The notes below the pieces were generated by a model. The model did not search any database and had not been told where the DNA came from. It saw only the letters and a list, made by a program, of their open reading frames with translations. A DNA stretch of 64,000 bases from Octopus vulgaris (taxonomy: Eukaryota). Positions within the stretch are counted from its first letter, which is position 1; the number at the start of each line of letters is the position of its first letter. Positions 25,255 to 39,094 of the stretch are shown one piece after another. The stretch lies in the NCBI GenBank assembly GCA_951406725.2, contig OX597818.1, forward strand, positions 105,028,001-105,092,000. Direction: 5' to 3'. The position numbers and the translations under genes were made by a program.

Positions 25255-26646
25255 TTTAACTGGGTACATTGACTTACATAAACAATGGTCCTTTGTCATC
25301 TCACCTGAAAGGTTCAGCATCTTGAAGAACCATACTCTGCAACAGAAGCGTTGAGACCGGTCCCTCTGGTGGTGAAAAGCACTTGTGGCAGTACCACATA
25401 AGTGCCTGTGCAATGCCATGTAAAAGCACCCAGCACACACTGTAAAGTGGTTGGATTTAGGAAGCGCATCTAGCCATAGAAACCATGCTAAATCAGACTG
25501 GAGTTTGATGCAGCTTGCCAACATGGATAGCAGGCGTTAAGTGATGATGGTGATGATGTATTCTTAGCAATTACTTCAATTTCAGAAATTACTGACATCT
25601 TCATAAAGTTTTCTGAGTTTTTGAGCTGGTACAGCAGCTGTAAATTAAGATTGTTCATGAATAATGGCAGTGACTTACAACAGTTCAGTGCATTCAATTA
25701 ATTTACATATGAAGTGCTGGCTTATAATATATCGGTTTACTGTGTAGTATATCATGGCTTTCTCGGAAGTTAATTGATGAGGTTGAATATGAGAATAATG
25801 AGATTCTAAAATGCACAAAATGTCAGCACAACAGCTAAAATGTATTTGCTGTACGGGTGACCTGTTAAACTATTTAGTTGGCAGAGCAAAGGAATTTCAT
25901 TTATCCAGACCAAAATAGAGATTCATGACATCATTTCCTTATGTATGTTCCTTTAGAGCAAGATGGTTGTATTTTTTTAATAATATTTTTGCGACAAAAG
26001 GGATTTTTTTGTCTTCATTAGACCAGTGAAGGAAGAAGTTGACTGCAAGAAAAAAGGAAGTTGATTAAATTTTTGTCAAAAAAAATTTTATAGGATCTTT
26101 TCTTATCAATTATCATATGATTTATCGAGATCAAGTCATACCTTTCAATGCTTTTGGCTGTTGAACACTTGTGCATATTTTCAAGAAAAGGTGATGGATG
26201 AAGAAAGCAAAAAAACTTATTTCAAGGAATAGATATAGAGGTCATTTTGTTACCACATGATCTCCAGTTCTATCACACTGCACAGCACTTTGGGCAAATG
26301 TCTTGTACTGTAGCATTGAGCCAGCCAATGTCATCTGATAGATGAAAATTCTATGGAAACCTATTGTGTGTGAATGTTTTCATACCTTGTTTTGCATGGA
26401 AAGCATTAAGCTAAAAAAAAGAAAAATTATATTTAACAGTCCTTGTCAATAATTGCCTTGTAGCACTGCACTTTGGAAGGTATGGGGTTAAAAGAAATTG
26501 CCTTTCTTGAAATTCAGGGAAGGACAACCAACTGTAAAATAATGCTTCAATATGTTGAACATTAGATGAATGAGGTTTGACTTCAACATGTGATATGTTT
26601 TCGTGACAGCTCCAATTTTATCTAAGAATATATTATATTTTACTAG

Positions 26647-26861
26647 ATCTCGGCGTTGATGATGAAGATGAAGAAGCTGTCCCATTGCCCAATGTAAATG
26701 CTGCCATCCTGAAAAAGGTGATTCAATGGTGTACGTATCACCGGGATGATCCTCCACCTCCTGAGGATGATGAGAATAAAGAAAAAAGGACAGATGACAT
26801 TTGTTCCTGGGATACAGAGTTTTTGAAGGTAGACCAGGGTACTCTGTTTGAATTGATTTTG
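26647..26861 (+). CDS. SKP1: SKP1 coding exon 2
   Basis: TAG| (D)[71 protein letters not shown] |GTAAGT; 215 nt, phase-compatible. Confidence 0.98.
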
Positions 26862-27502
26862 GTAAGTTGAACTATTTTGTTTATATACCCTCTACAGTAA
26901 AAAGAAAACAAAAATTAGCTTATTAAAGAATAATTTGTCTAAATGTGGAAAGTATATTCTGTGCTGTTTTACATGTATGCACAGAATTTATGGCTTGTAT
27001 TTGTCACTGTTGGAAAACCTTAAGATTTTTACATTACTAAATATTTTGAGATGTAATACAAGATGCCTAGGTTGTGGTAGCATCTAATTTCAAGTTACTG
27101 AGTTCACAAAACCCTCCACTAATTTATTGTTCTCCTTTAAGATCTCAGAAAAATGAAAAATAGGAAGCTGAGACAGGCCCTATAACAAGATCCAGTAGCC
27201 TTGCAAAAACAATTCTTCAAGGGGCTGTGGAGAGGTAGATTGAAAAGAAAATGATAGACAAACAACCCAGAAGGGTGAATCATTTGCTGTGACCACAGCA
27301 GATGGAGGAAATTGGTGTACAATTTGTCACAATAGTGACTCTACAACTTCATCAGGAGTTTAGGGTTCAAGCAATATTGCTAAATTTACATCAGAGACTC
27401 GCTCCCATTTTGATGTAGCATATTCAGTACCGATAATATTGGAATTCTTCTTACATTGTTTGGGTGGGGAGACTCTCTTTGGTTATTAGCATATGATTTT
27501 TT

Positions 27503-28550
27503 TTATTACCTCTGCCTTAGCAAAGGCAGAGGTATTGTTTTCAGTCATGTTTGTTTGTCCATGGACGAGATATCTCAAGAACCACTGGATGGATTTTGAT
27601 GAAACTTTTAGGGATGTTTGGCCTCGTGACTGGCACAAACTGATTAAATTTTGGGATCAATCCAGTACTGGACAAGGATTCTGGATTATTTGTTATACTT
27701 ACTTCACATGAAGTATTACGATCTTATGGACTTTCAAGTCTTTCTCTGATTATCTCCCTTGAAAGTACACTCATGATTTCCACGTAAATTTTGGTGGCTT
27801 TGCTATTTCCAAAGTTTGATTTTTGTTTCTCTGTTATTAATTTTACTCACATCTCTATCTTACTAGAAACTGATGTATTAAGAAATCAAACTACATAAAC
27901 AAACAGCAGCAAAACCGTTCAGAAATCAAATAGCACTGACATATTTAGTAACAATAATAAATTTAATTTATCCTCGACAATTTTTAGCTTTAGCAACTTT
28001 GAATATGTTGCTCCTGTTTAAAACCTCTTACCTACTTGACAATTGCATTTTTAGCTATACTTTGAAGGAATCTTTACTTCTTCGACTCACATTTTTGTGC
28101 ACAACGATGTTGTTAAACCTGCGTTAACAGTACTGTATGCAGGTCCTTTCCATTTTCTTTCACACACAGATAATTTTTTCACTGTAGACCTTAATGGTCA
28201 TAAAGACATTTTATCAGTGGATAGACTAAAAAAGGTCTTCATAGAGAAAATTGTCCCTGTTCCCACTGCAGACAACACACACACACACACATTACAAACA
28301 CGGCCCACACACCCACCAACATATTCCATGACTACCATTGGGATTGATCAGATACCAGACAAGGATTCTGGATTATTTTTCTGTCTTTTTTACTTAATTT
28401 TTGAGAGCGGTTGGGCTCATTTTTAGTATTCTCATTAGTGTGAGCAGTCAAATATTTCAGATATTATCATTTTAAAAATCATCTCCAACTAATTGTTGAG
28501 AGGATGTTAGTGTTGCCTTGGCGAAGGTTTGCGCTCTCTGAGTGCTCTTA
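27503..28550 (+). mobile_element. Helentron/DINE-type non-autonomous element carrying an internal insert with a Gypsy integrase C-terminal fragment
   Basis: 5' TTACCTCTGCCTT...AAGGCAGAGGTA palindrome. 3' sub-TIR CCTTGGCGAAGGT plus hairpin GCGCTCTCTGAGTGC. Internal ORF 28097-28260: LYAGPFHFL...FTVDLNGHKDILSVDRLK. Confidence 0.6.
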
Positions 28551-30003
28551 TTATTACTATATAAATTCCACTTCTTTCATCTGTAATTTCTTAAACTTTT
28601 CTGGCATTTTGCTCACCATCTTGTGTTTTAGCATTTTATGTCTGCTGTTAGTTAAAAATACTAGCCAATTTCCTCAGTTCTGGACTCTCGAAAGCTTATT
28701 CCTGTTACAATGAGTGTATTTCTAGCTAATAACATCATGTAACCTATTGTCCAGTCTTTCACAAAAGTAAAGACCTCACTTGAGAACTTTTCCTTGTGTA
28801 TTTTCAAATTTCTGGTGTCTCTTCTCATTCTAAATCTTGAGATAACTCATCATCATCATCATCATTTAATGTCCACTCTCCATGCTGGCATGATTTGACA
28901 TGGAGCTGTCCAGACTCCAACTGTCTGTTGTGGCATGGTTTCAATGGCTGGATGCCCTTCCTAACGCCAACAACTTAGTAGTGTTTCCTGGGTGCTTTTT
29001 ACATACCACCAGCACAGGTGCATTGTCTTCCATAATGTAAGAAGTATTTCTTTGCACTTTGCATGCAAGTGCTGCTTGCTTTCCATTTTTCCTCCCACTC
29101 CAGTGTTTTACATGATGTTTAGTATTTCACTGTGAAGTTACTTGTATATAACAACGCTGTAGTTATACAAGGTCATATCCTGACCTTGTATTTAAGAACT
29201 TTACTTTACAATCATTAAGTCATGAGTTCAATCTCACAGTGTAGCCTTTTAAGCAAGTGTACTTTATCATTGCCATAAGTTGATCCAAGCCCTCTGAGTG
29301 AAATTGAAGCATGGGAGACTGGAAACCCATCAGATGGGTTTACCTGTAATTCACATATATACAGCAGAGACATGGCTGTGTCGTTAAGAAGCTTACTTCC
29401 CAATCATGTTGTCTCACATTCAGTCCCACTACATGACACCTGGGGCAAGCAACCTCTACTATAGTCCTATTAGTGGATATGGTAGATAGAAACTAACAAA
29501 GCCCATTGTGCATGTATGTATGTATATATTTATGTACACACACACACACGTACATATACAGGGGTTGGATAAAATAATGAAAACACCTTAAAATTTCAGA
29601 CAAATTAATTTTAGTATGGGGTAGGATCGTCTTTGGCAGTAATTACAGCTTGAATTCTACGAGGTATGAACTCATAATGCAATGAGCAGATAGCTTAGTT
29701 GTAGAAAAAACTGAATACTCTGTCAAAACCAAAGATCTATTTACTTACTGTCACTAGTTGCACCAAATATTAAAATATTGATTAGTAGTTGGTTGTGATG
29801 GTAGGGAGTTGACATGCTATGGTTTTTATCACATCTACTGCTGCACTGACATTTAATTTATGAACTGGTTCACTTTGACAAGCCTAATTAATATTCACAT
29901 TGTAGTTCTTTTATGGGTGTGTTTTTGCATGTATGTATTAAATAGTACTTGCCATTTGCTCTGTAATTTCTAATTTAATCACTGTTTGTTCATATTATTT
30001 CAG

Positions 30004-30144
30004 GCTGCTAATTATTTGGATATCAAGGGACTTCTTGATGTTACCTGTAAAACAGTGGCTAATATGATCAAAGGCAAAGCTCCTGATGAGATACGCAAAA
30101 CATTTAACATTAAAAACGATTTCACCCCTGCAGAAGAGGAACAG
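30004..30144 (+). CDS. SKP1: SKP1 coding exon 3
   Basis: CAG| [47 protein letters not shown] |GTAACA; 141 nt. Confidence 0.98.
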
Positions 30145-30805
30145 GTAACAATAGTTTTATCATTTAACACTTTTCTGTCTTGTCTTTTTCTATAATACAA
30201 TAACTGATGGGTTTGTGTATCATTAAGACATTAATTTCAAACTTTGCTCTCAGATATTTCAGTGCGTTGGCTGTTAGTAAACTCATAATAGAGCCTGCTG
30301 AGAAAGTGAATATTGTGGTAGTCACTTCACTGTAACTACATAATTGTTTCTAATTTAGGTAGAAAGTTGACAATCTTTGAGGAGAGGGATTTGTCAATTA
30401 CATCAACCTCAGTACTTGTACTTTATTTTGTCAAGCCCAGTGAGCTGGAATGCAAAGCTGATCTCCAAATATAAAGAGCTGAATTGAAATGCTCTAATGA
30501 TTCTACCAATCAGCCAACTTATTGCAACATGCAACATAATAAATGCATTAGCAACTTAACATAATATTATTGTCACCTCCAGCATAAAATCTTGCTCGCT
30601 TGCACACACAGCATCAAAATGCTAATGTTATTAGCTACAGTTTTGCAACACAACACAGAAAGCCACTTCAAGTATATTCACTAGTAAACCCAATATTTGT
30701 CAGACACGACATCGTGGTTGTTTGTACCAAAGTCAAAATATATTTACATATTTTTTTTTTTTATATACAAATGAGTGTTCATTTTATTTCTTTCTTTTAT
30801 TGTAG

Positions 30806-30841
30806 GTGCGGAAGGAAAATGAATGGTGTGAAGAAAAATAA
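30806..30841 (+). CDS. SKP1: SKP1 coding exon 4 (terminal)
   Basis: TAG| VRKENEWCEEK* ; the spliced total is 162 aa. Confidence 0.97.
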   Translation: MRKENEWCEEK

Positions 30842-31090
30842 GTGAAGAAAAAACCTGAATAATAGTTTTAATTTAAATTTTCCATACACATTCACACCCT
30901 TTGGTTTTATTTTATTTTTTAATTTATGGACATATCATATGTGTTTTCCTTGTCTTTTGAAACAAAAACAAATTTCTCTCAAGAACTTTTGTTTCTTTTC
31001 CTGCCCCAAGTACTTTCCTCTTATAACTTTTTTTTTTCTTGACTGTCAATTTCTAGTCCCATCTTGGCTATTAGAAATTTAACCTAGTCT

Positions 31091-31101
31091 TGTACAATAA
31101 A
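31091..31101 (+). terminator. Candidate SKP1 polyadenylation signal
   Basis: TGTAC-AATAAA about 255 nt after the stop codon, in a U-rich 3' UTR. Confidence 0.45.
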
Positions 31102-32439
31102 CTATAGGGTAATTTAAGCTTCTATTCATGATGTAAAAAAAAAAAAAGAAGAAACAAACCAACCTTTAGGAATCTCTTAGGTTAATCCCAAGTTTTATCT
31201 TATTCTTTGTATCAAAAGACAAGATTTATGTGCAAAAAAAATCAAAAAAAAAGGAATTAAGAAAAAAAAACTCCCTCAAGACTAAAAAGTTTGCTAGTCA
31301 CTAACTTATGTCGTTGTTTTGGGTTTTTTTTTTTTTTTTCCTTTAATTTTCTTTCTGATTACTTCGTCAAATAAGGAATGGCAGCACATTTTACTTTTAG
31401 TTTTCAGGGCCTTAGACTAAAAGGAAAATGTTACTCTCATACTCCATGCTACAGTTAGGGCTTTGCTAAAGGCACTCAATATCCAGGGTGGTACTAAATC
31501 AAGCCACAGATCAAGCTTGCTACTTGAGAACAAAGATAGCCCATTCAACAAGCTTCTACATATTTTTCTAACAACCGAATTCAATTCTCAAAGTTTTTTG
31601 TCAAACCAAGGCAATAATTCGAAGAACACAGCGACCCACACATTGGGATTTGGTCTGAAATCATAGTTGCAAAGTAAACTTCTTAACCTCACAGTTGTAC
31701 CTCCTCTCTTCACTGCTGTTTCATTATTCTTTATTTTCTTGTTAGTGTTATTTATTTGATGATAGTTTTTCTTTATGGACCCACATGATTATGATCCTTT
31801 TGGCATTAACAGAACACCAGTTTGCTATCACTCACTAGCACTACAAAAAATAAGTAGGTTGGTGGAAGAGTGCTATGTTTTTTTTTTCCCTTTCAGGTGG
31901 GAAGGCAGTGCCCATGTCCCTTTCCTGAGCTTCCAAGGCTTCTGGGAGGCCAGAAGATATCCTCCATTCATTTACAAGTACTCAGGCCAAAGTGCTTTCA
32001 AGCAAATGGACTCCACTAAAGGCATGAATGTTAAACCACACAATGGATTAAGTTTATCACCCAAGTAAGCCATGCCTGGATTTGAACTTGGAGCATAGTC
32101 AGAACAGCTGCCACAAAACATTGATATTCTAATGTCTCCTACGAAATTGCCACTTGTATGACATTGTTTGATTTGATTGTGGCCTCCCTAGCAAATACAG
32201 TTTGGTGCCTCCAGTTCATGCTGATACCAAATCTTCTCTGGCTTTTGCTGGTATACAATATCAGCACTAGCACAGTGGAAATGATGGAGGCCAAGAATAA
32301 TAAGCAAATGGCTTGGTAACCCATTTAGCTTCAGTGATGTGGCTGACTACTTTCCTTAACGTTCATTGTGAAAGGGTACAAGTCTAGAAAAGCAAGGCTC
32401 TTGTGTATGCTTGAAGATTCAGGGGTTCAAGATTGGTTA

Positions 32440-33640
32440 AGAACTGGTAGAGAATGGAAGGCTCAGGTGGTGGTGGATGCAGCAGAGTAGAACCTCAAGT
32501 TTAGAGAAATGAGATACACACAGATCATTAGTCAGGGACTTGAATCAGTGGCGTTGTGTTCAGACAAAAAGAAAATCAAATTAATATAAGAGGAAGCCAA
32601 GAGAATCGAAAAGGCAGCCCAGCAAGGCTAACAATTACAATGGACAATGTGGGAGAGTGCACTTCAAAGAAATCTCAGCTGGAATTATATAGGACATAGC
32701 TCCTTTTAGTCTATTTCATATTCAGGTCTGTCTATGACCTACCCTCAAATACAAACCTAGTGAAGGGGAAAAAATTGGATAACTTTGCATTCCTACTCAA
32801 CCAAGGGAAACATCTTGATTTTGTGCAAAGTAGCTCTAGCCCAATGGAAGTACACATGGAGGCGCAATCAAGCATTTGGGTTGCTTTGTCAATATATAAT
32901 GTTTATCAATTCATATTGTTTTGGATTAATTGTTTTATCTTGTAGTTTTTAGAGATTTCAATGATGTATTTGTTTAATTTTAGAATGACCTTGTTGGATA
33001 GGTATGAGAGGCTGGACTCGGATGGTTTGAACAAAAAGAAGATAGAATAATTTGGGCCAGATATGGCCTATTAAAATGCTAAGGAGTTAAAGAGATCTTG
33101 CATGCAATTTGTATTGAGAAGGAAAATGAGTCAAAAGAGTGTAGCCAGGAAACCACCTTGCCAATTGAATCTTTGAAGCAGGGTCTACTGGATGAAGCAG
33201 ATGAATTAAGAGTTCAAAGCAAACCTAGAATGCGATTTCATCCAGAAATCAAGAGTAGTTATGAGACCAGATATCATACTCCACTCACTCTCATCAAAAC
33301 AAGTGATTCTGTTTAAACTCTGTCGTGAAAACACTTGAAGCCCACATCTGCAGAACTGAGATATTTGGTAGTTTATTTTCAGAGGAAGTCTTTGCCATAG
33401 AGGCGTGAGTGTTGTGAACAAATTTATCTACAGTCTCATGAAACAGCTCTCAGGTTCTCTTAATTTACCTTATGTTTACCCCATGACTTAGACCAAAGTG
33501 ATTACAAAGTCTAAGGTATCTTGACTCTAAAGCACCACGACCACCCCAGATTATATTGGTTAAAATGTGGAAGCAGAGGGGCATCCAGGAGTCATGCCAT
33601 GAATGTGACCTGTGCCCCTTAGAGTGCAAGGAGTTTAGGG
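32440..33640 (+). mobile_element. Relic of a restriction-like-endonuclease non-LTR element (Hero/NeSL-like C-terminus), split by a MITE at ~32870-33090
   Basis: Frameshifted remnants QWTMWESALQRNLSW, RSVYDLPSNTNLVK, GLLDEAD, (R)PDIILHS. Confidence 0.5.
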
Positions 33641-34167
33641 CCAAAGTATTTTCATTAAAGACGAAAACCTACTGCCATTCCGCTTTCACTTGAGCTTCTT
33701 ACTACCCAATAGCATATATATTTGTGGGTATGTATGTGTATTTATATATATAAACTTTAGTGGGTGATGTAATATTAGTAATTTACTATTCTTTTTTTTT
33801 TTTTTTTTAGTGTGGCTGTGTTGGGTAAGAAGCTTGCTTCCCAACTACATGGCTCCGGGTCCAGCCCCACTGCATGGCACCCCAAGCAAATGTGTGTCTG
33901 TTTATCTCCCACCACTGCTTGACAACTGGTGTTGATGTTTTATGTTCCCATAGCTTAGTGGCTTGGCAAAAGAAGAGGTACCAGGCTTTAAAAAATACTA
34001 GTGTCAATTCATTTGATTAAAAATTCCTCGATGATGCCCCAGCATGGCCACAGTCAAATGAATGAAGCAAGTAAAAGAAAAAAGAAATAACACTTTTTTG
34101 TGGGGTGGGGGGGTTATTACAACTTTTCTATATATTCTTCAGTATGGAAAATATATATATATAATTA

Positions 34168-34641
34168 TCATCATTGTTTAACATCCACTTTCCATGCCAG
34201 CATGGTTTAGACAATTTGAATGACTGGCGAACCAGATGGCTGCACCAGGCTCCAATCTAATTTTGCAGAGTTTCTACAGCTGGATGCCAACCACTCCGAG
34301 AGTATAGTAGGTGCTTTTGCGTGCCATTGGCATGAGGACCAATCAGGCGGTACTGGCAACAGCCACACTCAAGTGGTGTTTTTTACATGCCACCTGCACA
34401 GGAGCCAGTCCGGCGGCACTGGCAATGACCTCACTCAAATGTTTTTCACGTGCCAGTAAGGCGACACTGGTAACGATCACGTTTGAATGGGGCTTTTTAC
34501 ATGCCACCAGCACAGAAGCCAGTCAGCTGCTCTGGCAGCGATCACGCTCAAATGGTGCTCTTAGCACTCCACTGGCACGGGTACCAGTCATCGAATTTGA
34601 TTTGATTTGGATTTCACTTGCCTCAACAGGTCTTTGCAAGC
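34168..34641 (-). mobile_element. RTE LINE 3' UTR fragment
   Basis: Reverse-complement match to the 3' UTRs at 41150-41671 and 49950-50422. Confidence 0.8.
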
Positions 34642-34837
34642 AGATGAAATACATATACGATGAGAAAAAAATGGAAAACAGGACAAGTAAAAGCAGAGAA
34701 AGGACACTTCATCAGTTGTCAGCAGTAGATTTGACCACTGATGAAGGGTCCTTTCTCTGTGTTTACTTGCCCTGAACTGTTGATGACATCCTGTACCCAT
34801 GTATGTGTGTGTGTGTGTGTATATATATATATCTGTA

Positions 34838-35899
34838 TCTATAAAAGGCAGGATGTGTGTGTGTACGTGAATGTAATTTATGCATGTCACTCCAATTTTA
34901 GGAGGACATTCGTCACCACCCCTACCTGGGTTTTGTCAACTTATTTTTTTTCCGAGGCACCTGAGGATCGTGGTAAAAACCTATTTTCAACCATAGCTTT
35001 TACGAATTTTGAAGGTTGATAACATGAGTTAAGTCCCTTCTGGCCATAGCCAAGCAAAAGTGTGTGAGGGAGAGAGTGTTTCACGTCTAACAGAAAAAGT
35101 ATGTGTAAAGGAGAGAGTTTGACAGCGTCTAACAAAAAAAAAGGTAAAGTCAAAGTGAGAGAGGGAGAGTAAATGACAGCGTTCATAAAAAATAAAATGT
35201 AAAATGTTTTGTTTTTTCTTAAACACGAGATATAGTCTTCAAATTTAGGATGTTTTTGAAAGACACTATTTTATTATCAGATTATATATACTTTCTCACA
35301 CAACAATTAAAATATATTTATTTTAAATCATTCATCTTTCTCCCCCTTCTCTCTCTCTCACACACACACATTACTTTGGGCACGAAAGAGTTTTGTTTTT
35401 ATTTTATGCCGAGGAAAAAGTGTTTTGTTGAGAATCCATTTATTTAACAACAAAGAGGTAACAATTTGACAGTGAATTACACAATATAAATGGTTACAGT
35501 TTCCGAGGCTTCCACCACACTCCACTCTGTTTTTCGGACCACAAAAAGGGTTTTGTAGCATATTAGGAGGCCAGAGTAGTTGATTCCACGAAAAAACAAA
35601 ATCGGGTTTTTTCTTAATGAAAATCGTACGAGTGTTAATCTACAAATTTACCAACATTTATTTCTGTTTATGAACATGTATGTGTGCACAAAACATATGC
35701 AACAGGTGTACGTGTGTGTTGCCCATATTTATATTATAATATATGTGTGTGTATGTATATATATATATATATATAAACCAATTTCAACGGATTTCGCCCA
35801 AATTTGACATCGATACTACTTAGTTTGGTTTGAAATAAAGAATTTGATTAGCTTAATAATCGTAACTTAATCCCAGGCAAAGTCGGGTTATACTGCTAG
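34838..35899 (+). mobile_element. Non-autonomous Helitron-like element (5' boundary uncertain)
   Basis: 3' hairpin CCCAGGCAAAGTCGGG followed by CTAG|T at 35896-35900; TC-starting TCTATAAAAGGC near 34838. Confidence 0.45.
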
Positions 35900-35937
<38 letters not shown>

Positions 35938-37391
35938 CACTCACACTCACACTCTCTCTCTCTCTCTCTCTCTCTCATATACAGAACCTAAATAGAAATT
36001 CTATATGCAGAAACAGCCTCTGATGATATTTTAATGAAAAGCACAGCTAGTTGGGTCAATCTTTCCTGGCATGGCAAAATATTTATTAAACAAGTGGTTA
36101 TGACTCAACTAACATCATTTTAATGGTGATTGTCTTTCCAGTCTTTTGGGCCCATGTTTCCTTGACTTGGAGAGATAAATCTACCAGTTTGTGAGAAATA
36201 ATTTTACTGTCACACAGGTAGAATTAGTACTGCAAGCAAGTAACATACTCCTCAGTTTTTACTGCAGGAAGGAAGCTGTTCATATATTGTAGTGCCTATT
36301 TACACCTAGGTTTATTTGAAAAGAAGTGTTGTGATCTTTGATAGACTTACTTATCAATTACCCTATCAACTCGCCATCTGCGTCCTTTTATTATGATAAT
36401 ACTTACCTTTTTATTATTAATAGCACAGTCATGTCTGCATGGTTAACAAGTTCACTTCCTAACCATGTTGTCATGGTTTCGGGTTCAGTGCCATTCACTG
36501 AATTGCACCTTGGGTAAGTATTTTCTGCAATAGCCCCAGATTGACCAAGTCCTTTTTAATGGATTTGGTAGACAGAAACTAAAAGAAACCTGTTACTGAT
36601 ATATATTTATACATGGGCATATACATTTGTTTATATTTGCACTTCAATAACTGCTCAGCTGTAAGCAGTCTGCTGCTGACATTTCCTGTCAACAGGTTGT
36701 CCACTGGCTTTCCATCATCCAAGTCTTGAGAAAGCGTTAAGAGTTAGTGACAACATCCATTTTCCATGATGGCATGGGCTGGACGGCTTGATAGGAACTG
36801 GCAAGGGGAGGTTCCATTGTCTCTTTTCACTTGGTTTCTATTGCTGGATACCCTTCCTAACACCAACCACTTTACAAAGTGTACTGATATATACCTGCGT
36901 CGTTATATTTAGGGCTACTTTATCCATGGTATCCTTTTTTAAGATACTGTTTATTGAAGGTGATGATGGTTGCAATTTCAAGCAAGTCGAGTAACTATGT
37001 ACAGGCATCCATCAATGGCTTACACCGTTGATATTAGATATATGTGATTATAACAGTCTATTTCCCTTTAATCAGGTGCAAGGGTAAATGTTGGTGTTGA
37101 AGCCAGAGCATGCAATGTTAAAAACCAAAACCATAGAATTGAAGAAAGATATGTAATATCCTATGTGCCCTCTTTCCAGCTGCCTCTCAGTGGAACATGT
37201 AGTTGCCATCATCCAAGTCTTGGTTAGGGAGTTCAGCTCATGATTATAAGTTTGCAAGTTCAGTTCCTGGACCAGGCATTGTAATATGTTCTGAACAAGA
37301 CACTTTATTTCCCCATTGCTCCAGTTTACTTAGCTGGAAATGAGTACCAGCAGGTTGCTTGTACAACTCTTTCTTCCTTCAAATGTCACAT

Positions 37392-38291
37392 TGAGAATTC
37401 GTAGAAGTTTCGTGGGAATATGGATTTCACAAGCAGTCCCCAACAATCCCGCGTGTAGAGACATCCTGTTTGCCACAGATTGTCCTCAGACGCAGGGACA
37501 GAATGACCGAGGAGCCGCTGGTTGCCGAAACAGACACTCCGAGGATTTTCACCAGAGCCCCGTCTGCCAGGTTGTGGCCCTATTACCACTCAGTGTCAGA
37601 CCAATCCGCCTTGGGTGGCCCTACCAGGAACCGAAGTTCCTGACAGCATAGCTCTGACACTACCCGTTACCAGCGTCCCCGCCACAGTGAGGAGGGGATG
37701 GACTTTGGGGACGTTCGGTCAGGGTGCAGCTGAGGTCAATCATCGCATCAATGCTGCTCAATCTGCCTTTGGACGCCTAAAGCAGTGTCTGTGGGACCGA
37801 AGGGAGATCTCATCAGGGCAAATATATCAGGCCGTCGTTTGTACAGTACTTCTCTATGCGGGTGGTCGATCAACGAAGGCTGGAAGTCTTCGACAATGAC
37901 TGCCTCCAGTGCATTCTTCGCTGCCGTCAGGTGGATCGGGTTCCCACTCCCAATCTCTGACTTCACCCGTCTCTACGGCCCCTTCCATCTGTCCTGCAAC
38001 GCCACTTGTGGTGGTTTGGCCGTGCATGTAGGTGTCCGGTGGGTGGACTGAGCTGTGATGTCCTCCCAACTGGCGGAAACACGCGGGTGGGCAGCTGAAG
38101 ACCTGGGCTACGACAATCAAGGAGGACCTCTCTGTGCTCATGGGTCCGCAGGTGGTCAGCCTGCGCCGATGGAACCGTGAACTGGCGCAGGACCATTGTG
38201 CATGGACTGCCATGGTTCGAGATACCTCGAGGGTGGTAGAAGAAGCCGACTCAACCCACCCAGAGTGAATGTCACCACAAGTACAAGTAAC
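37392..38291 (+). mobile_element. RTE/BovB-like LINE copy with inverted 5' UTR joined to the 3' end
   Basis: 37720-38291 (+) encodes EVNHRINAAQSAFGRLKQCLWDRREI...YQAVVCTVLLY and ends (CAAGTA)2. 37392-37715 reads on the minus strand GAGCTATGC...TAGGGCCACCCAAGGCGGA, a BovB-like 5' UTR motif. TSD TGTCACAT at 37384-37391 and 38292-38299. Confidence 0.7.
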
Positions 38292-39094
38292 TGTCACATC
38301 CTTTCCACTTATCTGGGTCAAAGGTAGGACTAAGATGGTGCTTATGTCTACTCATAGCCACTTATGTATCTAGAACAACAAGCAAAGGCATCTTGCCAAG
38401 CAATATTCATTTGTGAGTGATGGTTAACTGTACTTCATTTGCATTCATTTATATATATTAATCAATAGGTCTGTAGTAAGCCCTATTATAAGGCTATGGC
38501 TTAACCCAGTTTTCATGCCATATAAGTGAGTGAGATTACAGGATGCCAGTCTTTCATGGTTAACTTCTCATCTATTACTGGAACTCATTTACAACTGTGT
38601 TGTTGCAATATGAAATGAAGTATTTTGCTCAACAATGCAATTTGTTGCCCAGTTTAGGAGTCAAAACTACTATCTTGCTGTCATGAGTGCAACACTGTGA
38701 CCATTTGGCCATGTGCCATCTTAGGCAAACCTTGCAGTTATACAGAAACCAATATATTATAATCTGCAGTTTAGAATTTGAAAACTTATGTTATTATTTT
38801 TTTTTCTGTTCATGTTACTGTGGTTGGTAATTTGCATTAATTTCTGTAGATTTTGTTTATGTGGCTTAGCCTGAAGAGGAAAGGCAGCAAATATAATTCT
38901 TTATTGTACAATACCGCTTAGTGTCAAGAGAGGAAAGAAACCATACCCAGATTATTCTCAAACCAGGGGTCTTAATCTGAATACTTACAACAGAGGAACT
39001 CTGTCAAAGACATTCAGAGACCAGACAGCAATATTAAACTAGGGGATAGATTAGATCTACCCCCCAAGAATAGGTACAGATTATCAGATTCCAT

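Noticed and set aside
30200-30305. Intronic C/D snoRNA in SKP1 intron
   Set aside because: A CTGA is present, but there is no canonical RTGATGA C box or terminal stem.
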